A stretch of 64,000 nt of DNA. It comes from Selaginella moellendorffii. Taxonomy: Eukaryota; Plantae; Lycopodiophyta. Positions within the stretch are counted from its first letter, which is position 1. Each line of letters opens with the position of its first letter. Under the pieces are notes generated by a model. It was not told the DNA's origin. It was given only the letters and a program-made list of their open reading frames with translations, and ran no database searches. The stretch spans positions 1-64,000 of the forward strand of contig NW_003314377.1 of NCBI RefSeq assembly GCF_000143415.4, written 5' to 3'. This document shows, piece by piece, positions 49,501 through 59,739 of this stretch. Position numbers and translations under genes: made by a program.

Positions 49501-52500
49501 TCTTGCTTATAGAATATAAGCCCATCCCGAACTGAGAAGTGAAGTTTCGCATTAGTGTGACTAGCAACTTTTGCTGTTTCGCTACCAGGGCTCTGCTTCG
49601 ACAACTCCGCACGGCGTAAGATTGTCTGCGCCAATGGATCTCTTCCATACGAAGCCCGAACGTCCTCCAACCAGTCCGAACTGATTGCCGATATTGCCCG
49701 GAATTGAGCTTGACGACTCAACGCATCCGGAACAATATTGTCTTTACCAGGTTTATATATGATTTCAATATCATATCTAGCAAGCTTCTCTTGCCAACGA
49801 GCCTGCTTCGGCGTAAGCTTAGGCTGCGTAGCAAAGTAGCTCAGTGTGTTACTATCTGTATAAACCTTGGTATGTCCACCCAAGTAGTGTCTCCAGTGTT
49901 CCAGGGCCGACACTATAGCAAACATTTCTTTCTCATGCGTTGGCCATCTTTGTTGGGTCTCATCCAATTTCTTGGAATAGAACGCAATGGGACAACCATG
50001 TCGCCTTAGCGTAACACCAACTGCTTTGTCACAATCTTGCTGCAACACGGCACCAATAGCATAACCAGATGCATCACAATGCACTTCGAAAGGTTTATCA
50101 AGATCTGGGATCCTGAGAACAGGAACCGTAGTCAAGATCTCCTTCAATCGTGCAAAAGCACGCTGGCAAGCTGGTGTCCAATGAAACGGAATACTACTCT
50201 TTGTCAACTCAGTCAATGGAAGAGCAATCCTTGTAAAATTGCGGACAAACTTGCGATAGTATCCCGCCAAACCGAGAAAGGAACGAACATCTGATACAGT
50301 GGTCGGGACTTCCCAGGACTTCACCGCTTCCACCTTCTTTGGATCGACCTCAATCACGCCACCACCAACTATATGTCCCAGAAAGTTTACGCGCGATTGA
50401 CCAAAAGCGCATTTACTTTCCTTAGCATACAGTTTGTGTTCGCGCAATTTTTGAAACACCAGCTCCAAGTGTTTCAAATGATCCTCTAACGTCTCACTAA
50501 AGACAAGAACATCGTCGATGTATAGGACAACAAATGCATCCAAATAATCTCCAAATATTCTATCCATCATAGTGCTGAACGTTGCCGGAGCATTGCATAA
50601 CCCGAACGGCATGACAAGGAACTCATAAGATCCATACCGAGTCTTAAAGGCTGTCTTCTCCACATCCTGATCTGCCACCCGTATCTGATGATACCCGGAC
50701 CGCAAATCAAGTCGCGTAAAATACTTAGCCTTTAAGAGTTGGTCAAACAAGTCATCAATGCGAGGCAAAGGATAACTGTTTTTAACCGTGATCTTGTTGA
50801 GTGCCCGATAGTCAATACACATCCTCATGGCTCCATCCTTTTTCATAACGAAGAGGACCGGCGCTCCATAAGGTGACTTGCTTGGTCGGATATGACCTTT
50901 GTCAAGAAGCTCCGTGAGTTGCTTCTTGAGTTCAGCCATCTCCTTGATGTTCAACCGATATGGAGCTTTCGTAGGTGGTTTAGAACCCGGAATAATCTCA
51001 ATCCGATGATCAACCTCACGGCTAGGAGGTAGCCCTGGCGGCAAATCCTTCGGAAAGATATCCTGATTCCTCGCCAACAACTCCAATATCCTTTTTGGTA
51101 CAGGATCAACCCCGTCGCCGATTCATACTGAGTCACCAATACCCTCAGCTTCCATCACTTGAACCCAAAAGGTTTGACATCCCCTCTTAGCTGCTTTTTG
51201 AGCGGCCCTCGCAGTCAGGAACTTTGCATCCCAATCTTTTGAGGAACGCTTTTGCAATTGAAAGGATACATCAGGATGTCCTTCTGACTTCAACGTGATA
51301 CGACTTTGTCTAGCACCATAAATCCCTTTTATATACTTGTTGAAGAAATCCATACCAAACACCATCTGAAAATCTGGTATCTTCAACACTACCAAGTCCA
51401 CTCTTTCTTTCCACTTGGATATCTTTATTGGAACATCACTCACAAACTTTCTGGCTACTTGCCCACCTTCCGCAAATCGGAAGTGCATAGGCGACATTTG
51501 CTCAGCATTCAATCCTAACAACTTAACTAAGTCTTCGGATATCACACTGTGCATAGCTCCCGTGTCAATCATCACTCGGATTTGGTGTCCACGGACAAAG
51601 CCTACCAGATACATTAACGGATCAGTGTTTGCATTGACTGCAAGAAAAGCTTGAGGAAAGCAACGAAAGTTACTCACCTCTTCTTCCTCATAGTCTGCAT
51701 TGACCAACTCGTCAACCCCTTCGGCTTCACCACCACCGTCTTCCCTCATGACATTAACCCGAGACCTTGTCTTATGCTTGTTGGGACATTCCGAGGACCT
51801 ATGTCCCGACTCTCCACAATGGAAGCAATGACCCACACTACCCGTTCCGCTAGGAGCAGGTTTTGTAGGTTGCTGCTATTTGTACCCACCAGGAGGAGGA
51901 ACAGAGGGCCTAGGACCAGAAGAAGCTGCTGGTGGTCTCCAACCACCACCACCTTTATTTACCGTAGCTTGTGAGCCCCCAGGGCGGTACTTACTTTCCA
52001 CCCTTTGTTTCCGATCACCTTGCCTATTCCCAGAATTTTTATTCTTGTCCGAGTTACCAGCATACGATTGCTGATATTGTTCTATGAGCGAGTGACTAAA
52101 GGCAACTTGCTGCGCTGCCTCTTTACACTCCAGGTACGTCTTCGGCTTAAACTTCAAAATCTCATTTCGAGAAAGTGAACTTAAACCCTCCAGGAAATAA
52201 CTCTGAGCATCTTCGTCACTCATATTTGCAATCATAATGCGCTTCTGAGCAAACGCATTAACGTAATGCATAAGATCCCCTCGCTGCTTTAACCGCCGCA
52301 GCTCCGCGCGAAGTCTTAGACCAAGATCATCCGGCAAGTATTCCTTACGGATACGAGACCGCATCTTGGTCCAACTTCTAGTCTGCCCTTTTTCAGCACA
52401 CACCTGGCGCCACCAAGTTTTGGCATGATCGGTGAGAAAGGATTGCGCGCATGCAACTTTCGTACGATCATCTACATCTGCCGCTATGAAATAGTTTTCC

Positions 52501-54011
52501 ATATCGTAGACCCAGTCCTCCAAAACTTGATAGTCCCGCATGCCTCTGAAATTGGGTGGTTTCGGAGGCTTGAACTTTGAAACTCGTGCAATCGGGGGTG
52601 GCTGCAAAACTTCATTGTCCTCAGAACTCGAAGAGGAGTCCGGTTGCTTAGGCTTAGCTGGTTTAGCTGCCTCAGCTTCTTTCTTCCTCTTCTTGTTCTC
52701 CTTCTTCAATTTGCGAATCTCCCTTCGCAAATTCTCGATCTCAACTTCCTGAGCCGTACGCTGCAATGCCGCAGCATCTGGCTCTTCCTCTTCCGACTCG
52801 GCCTCAGCCCCTTCCGCAGCATCTCTAGCAGGAGTTTCCTCCTCTCGATTCGCCCGTCTAGAGGTTTCAGCGTCATCAGCACGGTTCCTCTTCACCATCC
52901 TGCTAGCTGCATGCATGCCTCTATCAGTAACTGAACATGCATACAATGTTCTTACCGAATGGTGCAATCCAACTAATCCTACACAGGTCGCTTCGGATCT
53001 ACTAGAAAAGTCTCTGCGTATGCAACTTGAGTCAGGAAATCCGACAAAAGTTGGATAGGAATCGCTGAGACAATCCCTCTGATACCAAATGTAGCGCACC
53101 TGAATTTGGAGCCGAACTCCAAGCCCGTTGCGCTACGAAACGAGGGTCCGGTACAATCCCACGAGCACTAGCTCCCCGTATCCAACACCTGCACGCAAAA
53201 TGGTGTCAGACGGAGTCTGGCACAATTTTGGCATACCGGTGGCCTAACGTGAGGAGGAGGGTACTCCACCGACTAGAGCAGCATGGAGCTTGGGCTTAGA
53301 CCCAAGCCGGACGCAGAACAAGGAGCAACACAGCCCAGCGGGAGCCAAACTAATGTCTCAGGTGGTCGGACATGCATTCCAACCACTATCCCTACTATAC
53401 ATTTGGAACCCCCCACAGCCCCCCCCCCTTGAGGGACACACGCTTTGGGCTTTCACCCCAAGCCACCCTTAGTACCAAGAGTTAGTCTCTGGGACAAGCT
53501 CGAAACTTACTAAATATGGAATGGCCTTAGATTGCGAATTTGGACACGGGATGAACACCATTGTGTTCAGGCCGACCTCAACATTCCGTAGATATGCCAA
53601 ATGAGCGAATCTAGACACTTTCCATAAATAGCATTTGGGACCGAAACGAGACTAACACAAAGGGCGTGATAGCGAGGGTGTTTGGCAAACACGGTAAGCT
53701 ATCATCTAGCGAATATTGAGGGACTAGTCTCAATATCACAGGGGTTCTCAACACTAGCAAGTGCAAGTCAACATCATGAGTTTCTCATCACCGTGTCAAG
53801 TATGCTTGACTTAATGACAACTTAGGATTTCCTTCCTTAGTGCCCTTCCGGTCTAAGTGCACATGTGCTGACCAGTTTCTCAACTAGCTTGGGCGGAGAC
53901 CATAAAGGGAACCAGCAGTACCGACCTCCTGCCGTCGTGGCAGTAAGGAGAGAGAGTCCGTAAGTACTAGCTGACAAGTATCTTTCGATACCCGAAGTCA
54001 TATGCGCGACA
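46598..54011 (-). mobile_element. Full-length Ty3/Gypsy chromovirus (family B, coding type)
   Basis: LTRs 46598-47523 and 53090-54011 are near-identical. TSD GTGGG at 46593-46597 and 54012-54016, PBS (plus strand CTCTGATACCA) at 53077-53087, PPT starting at 47524. Domain order is gag-PR-RT-RH-IN-CHD. Confidence 0.97.
48140..52898 (-). pseudogene. gag-pol polyprotein with chromodomain, interrupted by 3 in-frame stops and an N gap
   Basis: Gag (AKTWW, LKQRG), zinc knuckle CFHCGESGHRSSEC, protease MIDTGA, RT LYIDD, RNase [12 protein letters not shown] zinc finger HHD..GH..CPVC, FSTAYHPQTDGQTE, GPY and chromodomain EYEVEAIL...EYLVKWKGY...STWEP. Stops at 51876, 51123 and 49281 are all in one frame. 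Confidence 0.92.
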
Positions 54012-54785
54012 GTGGGCCATGATCTAGTGGTAGTGTTGGCGAATACAACCATAGACAGAAAGGGACTTGGTGAGGACCGGAAAAGGGATATTGGGGAAGG
54101 CTATTCCCCATGTATGTGGGCATCCTAAGGAGGCCAAGGAGTGGATCTAGGATGATCACTCCTAAACAAATGGCCCAATCTTTGAGAGACAAGATTGTGA
54201 GGCAGGTGGTGTTGGACCACTGATGTGGCCAAGGTGAATGGGTAGGACCTTAGCATAATGGGCTGATAGATTGGTGGTACCTTGGGGTGTCGGTCATGGG
54301 ATCAGACATGTGGAGCACTTGGACCAAGTGTAAAAGTTGAGTGGCATAGATGCCATTTTCGGGGATAGCAAGCCCTAAGTCTACTTATGGAGGTTGTGAG
54401 TGAGACTCCTCCAAGTGGTCGGAGGTGTGGTTAAGTGGCTAAAGTAGAATGGAAAAATTAGTCGTTTAAAATTTGGTATCGGAGTGGTCTCGAGTCCGAC
54501 TCTGTTAGTTGGCTAGGGGAATTACATCACAAGTTGATTGACATCTAGTTGGTCCAGTTTGCTCCCACTGGGCTCGACCCAAGAGGTAGGGTGTCAAGAG
54601 AGCGGGGCTCTCGGGAGAGTTGCGGCTCTTAACTTCTATTCACGAGGGCGTGAATTTGCAAGGAAGCGTGGTGGATTGTAAGTAACCAAAGAGAATGACT
54701 CGAAAGACAGTCCATGGGGTTCAAATATAGAGGGAAAGGGAGTGTACCCCCTTTTCCAATTGATTAAGGGTCTTGGGATAATTAG

Positions 54786-54841
54786 GGTTAAGCATCCTTG
54801 GGTTTAAATAGTACTGGGTTGGGTGACCTCCTGGGAAGTCC
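54786..54841 (+). promoter_or_regulatory. 5S rRNA-derived Pol III internal control region (A-box to C-box) within the LTR
   Basis: GGTTAAGCATCCTTGGGTTTAAATAGTACTGGGTTGGGTGACCTCCTGGGAAGTCC aligns ungapped, 46/56 by my count, to a plant 5S sequence recalled from memory (AGTTAAGCGTGCTTGGGCGAGAGTAGTACTAGGATGGGTGACCTCCTGGGAAGTCC). Confidence 0.85.
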
Positions 54842-56518
54842 AAACTCAAGAGCTTACATATGGCCACAACTACATCCTTGCCCTTGTCCTTAAACACAAG
54901 TAACAACAATGTTAACTTCTATTGGAAAAGGAGTATTTCCCATAAGAAATGGATTTAAAAGATGTATAGTAAGAAGTGGAAAAGGTGATATTTCATAATG
55001 TTGTATTAATCAAAAAGCATTGTCAAGGGTAGCTAAAGCAACTATATGTACAAGTCCTATAAGATCTTGAAAAAGTGTTAGCCATAACTCTCCCAACTTG
55101 ATCCACTCCAAGTAAGAGGAGAAGCAAATGCTAAATTGTATAATTGACTTATATAGCCTTCGATAAAAATGATATAATTATTGAAAAGCATAATCACAAT
55201 TGTCACCATGTCCAAATATGTGTTTAAAGACATTTAAGAGAATACTAAAATCTACACAAGTGGTTGCACAAACCATTATACCACTATAATGTTGTCCCTT
55301 TGAAACATATGGGAAACTTAGCAAACACTAAGTATCATCTAAAAAATGATAGGTAACAATCATTATAAAGTGATTAAACCAATAATATATATCATCCCTA
55401 GAATTTCTATGGAAAAACTTTAATCAAACGCAAGGATTGATAGTAAAAGCAAAAAGAACTATATTACACACTATGAATGCCACCATCAACCAAGTTTGAT
55501 TGTTCAACAGCAACTACATAGCTTCAAGTAATTACACCAATTGTTATTTTAGAGTTAAAGGAGGAGAAGGCAACTTTACCATGAGGATAATAGAAAAAGA
55601 AAAAGCAAGAGAGAAGAAATTGAAAAATTACAAAAAAGATTGAAATCTAGACAATGCAAAAGTTAAATATAAACCAAAATCCCAAATCTAAGCACTCTTT
55701 AGAGGCAATTAAAATTGCCTCTCACCTTCATTAATATATAAGTGTATGAAATATGGAAATGAAATATAGACATGTGCATATTAATTAGCACAAAAACTAT
55801 AGTTTATATATAGGAGCAAGTGGTCCAAATTAAAACTAATTTAATGACTATAAAAATTCAACTATGCTAATATTAATATATGCTATTGTAGCTTTACATT
55901 TCAAAATTAAATATATTGCTGTGAAGAAATATATTTCAAAATATCAAAACCTTATTTAACTTCATATAATAATTACTTCTCTTTTGGCTTAAATCCATCT
56001 TCATCATTGTTTGATTTGCTTACCTTTAATGGCAGGAATAGGATTGTGCCTAAGACTAACCCTAGACCTGCTAAAAATATAAACATAAAATAGTTATAAA
56101 TTGAATCTCAACCAAAGAAAGATAATATGTTAAGAATATTTGTAAGAAATGAGTCTTGAAATTTTACAAAATACAACAATAAATATAAAAATTTAAAATT
56201 TTTAGTTTTTTATAGAATAATAGATTGCATGATAATCTTCTGAGTGACTATTTCACACCCACCATTAAATTTGTAAATTTCATGGTAATTTGTTCGCAGC
56301 ACTACACTATTATATTAGATTGTAAACTCTAATTTAATAGCTAAATTTAATGGTAACTTGTTCATGAGAAATTAATATTAAATTAAGCTAGTGTTACAAT
56401 TAGCATTTCTTTTGCATTTTTTGCTAAAATACTAATACTACACTTTTGTAGGATTATGATTAAATTATTCCATGAATATTCTATAGGGCTGCTACAGTAG
56501 CACTCTGGCCAAATTCAA

Positions 56519-56740
56519 GTGTTTCTTGTCAATCACAAGTTCAAGTTGTCTGTGGTGGTGATTGATGTGCTGCCACAGTTGGAGGTCATGCTATTGTTCA
56601 TCATGAGGCTGGACAAGATCGACCTCAAAAAGTGCAAGGAGCACTGTATGGTGGTCACCAACACACCTGATGTGTTCACAAATGAAAAAGCCAATCTTGG
56701 AATGGTGCTACTACTGGGAACAATGCAGTAGATTGCTACA
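56519..56740 (+). pseudogene. Fragment of a D-2-hydroxyacid dehydrogenase (HPPR/HPR2-like)
   Basis: IDVLPQLEV...LDKIDLKKCKEHCMVVTNTPDVFTNEKANL, followed by a premature stop. The fragment is isolated. Confidence 0.75.
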
Positions 56741-56999
56741 TTTGTTGTTTTTCTTCAAGGTAGTAGTTGTCAAAAGAAACAAAGTTTTAGGGTAATAGGC
56801 CCGGGTCCTTAATTCGGGCCACCTTTGGCCCAAACCATGTCTATGTGATAAATGCAATTTTTTGGCGGGTTTCATAGCATTCTAGGTTATGATGGATTTG
56901 AGAGCATTCATTGCATTCCATTGCTCTATTTCATTTATATTCCTGAGTTTAGAAAAAATAGCTTAAAAAAATTGTAAGAGCAAGAGATTTATTAAGTTC

Positions 57000-59100
57000 A
57001 ACTATCCATCAAGCTACATTTCATTATTGGGTCAAAATATTTCAAGAGTGGGCAAAAAAAGTGAAGTTGGAAAGAACACATCAAATCTTGAGGTATGTTA
57101 TTGTTTTGAAAATAAAAGGAGAAAAGATGATTAAACTAGGAACTTTGGAGTCAATGTCTGCCTTGGTTTGCTCAATTGAAGCCCTACATTGCTTGTCAAG
57201 GGCAAGGATCTCCATGTCACGAGCATGAAGCTTGTCCATGTTGGAAAGTTGGAAGTTTGTAGTATGGCGCAAAGATAGCACAAGCAATAATACTTGGAAA
57301 TCTATGGAAGTACAAGTAGTCTAATCAAATAAAGAGGCTGGGCTACTCTCACTCATAATCATTGTTCCCACTTCAAAGGTCACAGATACCATAGAATGCA
57401 TGTGCTTCATTGGAGTACCATGATGAAGGCTCTAAGACTAAGCTGCAATTGAAAGGAGATCCTCCACATAAGGTCCACGTTTGAAAGAAATGATGTCATC
57501 AGAAGAGCCTCCACTAGGAAATTTGGCGACTCTTGAAGTTGGCCATCACTGATCAAACTGAGTGTTTGCTATGATAATTGGGGAAGCCTGTGTAAATAGT
57601 ATTGCATTGGAACATGTTGAACTCAGGCTGTGATGGATCTTCGATCAACTCAAGAAAGACAACAGTCAGCGAGTGGGGAAAGGGTGTCGAGGAAGATAAT
57701 ATTGGCTTGAAGGATATTGATTGGCTTTTAGATAGTCCTGGAGGTTATTCTTGAAACTTTCCCAACAAAGAGTGTCCACAAGCATTATAGAAACAAGAAG
57801 TTCAATGATTGTCATTAATCTCTATTATGCTGAGTGACTAATTTGTGATGCCTCAAACCTGATCATGCCAAACTTGTCCAATGATGAAAGAGTCCTTCAA
57901 AGGTGTGGAGCTGAACTTTTGGTAGTTTACCGCCACAAAGTTCAAAAAAGATTCCACCCCATTAATGTAAACTTGAACACTATGTCAAATGCCCGTGGGG
58001 ATAACAGTGTAGTTTGCAAACATCTTTAGGATCAGAGTTGTGCTTCTAGAGACCTGAAAACCTACTCTTGTGTCTGAAGAGATCACATTGCTCCCAGATC
58101 CAAAATCGACAAGAGCATTGATGATGGGAGAACTATTGCCAAAGTCTATAGGTGCAAAAATTGCATCTAGATTAGAAGAGGAGGTTGTGTCAATGATGTG
58201 CACATCCTATGGGAAAGAGGCTATGGCTTTAGTAGACCTTGTAAAGTCCTCTAGATGCTATCTAAAGCTAGGAATCATACATGAAGCCTCACACCACAAA
58301 AAGGTGACAGATGTTTCCATCAATTGTTGAAGTGCACACTCCAAATCCCTACCAAAGGAAGGTGTAGGATATCTGGGAAGGAGAAACGTGAATAGGAGTT
58401 TGTATGCCACCTTTAGTGTTGGATTAGTGATTGTTGAAGGAGCTGGATTGCCATTAATTTTCTCTTGATCGGTTGTTTTCTTCTTCTATGCTTTTGTGGC
58501 TATTGTCTTTGCAAATTCTTCCTTGGGATCCTGATTGCATTGACTTGTCCCATTAGAGATTTTCCTTTGTTGGAAGATGACAAAGGTACATCCTCAATTG
58601 CATGCTACTCAAGTTGTTGTTAGTAGCAATCCTTTGCTTGTGTTATAGTGCTATTATCAGTGAATGGTTGCTCTTGGACACATTGAAAATGTGGTGGTCA
58701 CAGCTCTAGATAAAACTTTCAACACCTCTCTATGCTGTGAGTTGTGATGTTGCAATGGGAGCAATACCAAGAGTGTGGAGCACATCGTGGCTTCTTAGCC
58801 TATTGTAAGTGGTAAGTATGGAGCTCTTGAAGGATTTTCTCTTGCATTTGCTATTGCTATTAGATGATCTCCTTGTACCCTACAAGCTCCATCAAAGCTT
58901 TCTTAATCACTGTAGAAACTTCGTCATCAACAACGGTAGGAGCAGTAGCTATATGAGAGATAGTTGCATATGAAACTCCCTCAACCTTGGAGATACTGAG
59001 CTCTTAGAGAAGATCACACTCTAAAGTCTCAGCAGCTGCAAAAGTCTCGTGACATATCCAAAATTGCCTCTTGAGCATCTTGTGTTAGAAATTCCTCTTG
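57000..59100 (-). mobile_element. Degenerate gag-protease retroelement fragment
   Basis: Zinc-knuckle-like YCSHCNITTHSIERC near 58725-58770 and protease INALVDFGSGSNVIS (ORF 57985-58203). Confidence 0.6.
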
Positions 59101-59119
59101 AATCTATAAATGAATGCCG

Positions 59120-59737
59120 TGATACTATGGTTCCCAGCCATCTCTTGTAAAATTGATGAGAACCTGTCCACAAACTTGTTTCTCCTCATTAGGCATGTGA
59201 ACCAGACTTCAAGGCTTAGCATCACTGCGCCCACTTCCACTTCATCCAATGCTATACCACTGGCTAGCTAAGATCAGATGTAACCTCACTAGCACTACAT
59301 CCTGATCTCCTGGCGTAAGTTCCATTTGTGTGAATATGTCCGTCTTGTTTGCTGGCACAAGATTGTCCAGCCTCTTGACTCTCTTGGGAACCAGTCCGGG
59401 ATCGGCTACTATCCTTTTCTTCTTTGGTGATTGTGCCACAACTTTCTCGACAATACTCCTTGAGCATGAGGCTGGTTTTCGATTGGGAGATGTGTCGTCT
59501 TTGGGTCTGGTCACCAGGTAAAATGCTGTGGCGTCACGAGCCCACGTCCCACAAACCAGATGCAGCATCTCATCACTTGACACTTTCACCCAGCTAACAT
59601 CTCGAGTCTGTCCATGTGCAGGGCAGACCCAGCACTTGCGGCTTCCATCACAAAGACTACACCTAAGAGCACCCAAGGAGGTGTCTCGAGGTGTTTCTGG
59701 ATACTCCCTCCATTCACCATTAAAGGTGTTCACATGC
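59120..59737 (-). pseudogene. Second copy of the unknown-family fragment (paralog of 35880-36520)
   Basis: Near-identical peptide CSLCDGSRKCWV...PKKKRIVADPGLVPKRVKRLD. Confidence 0.75.
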
Positions 59738-59739
59738 AA

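Larger units (their letters stand above)
46130..54470 (+). repeat. 5'-truncated family A LTR split by family B (46130-46597 plus 54012-54470), followed by PBS TGGTATCGGAG
   Basis: The halves are contiguous in the family A LTR sequence across the GTGGG TSD. PBS at 54474-54484. Confidence 0.85.
43240..54858 (+). mobile_element. Composite element bounded by 5S-bearing Cassandra-like LTRs
   Basis: LTRs 43240-43433 and 54677-54858 (TGTAAGTAACC...GAGCTTACA), TSD CATGG/TATGG, PBS-like sites at 43437 and 54474, and PPT-like AAGGAAGCGTGGTGGA just before 54677. Confidence 0.8.
42445..55890 (-). mobile_element. Family E degenerate Gypsy split into 42445-43239 and 54864-55890 by the 43240-54858 insertion
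   Basis: The two flanks join into sequence collinear with the reverse complement of 5450-7100 (aatgccaacaa...atatc | ...acatccttgccctt). Confidence 0.75.

Noticed and set aside
51870-51884. Programmed readthrough at the gag TAG
   Set aside because: The context TAG-CAG-CAA does not fit CARYYA, the stop lies before the zinc knuckle, and two more stops of the same mutational type exist.
54786-54841. A genuine 5S rRNA gene
   Set aside because: Only the internal ~56 nt match. The 5' part and terminal stem are missing and the segment sits inside an LTR.
55973-56086. Possible micro-ORF or exon MFIFLAGLGLVLGTILFLPLK... (-)
   Set aside because: Too short, in an AT-rich context, with no supporting homology or exon chain.
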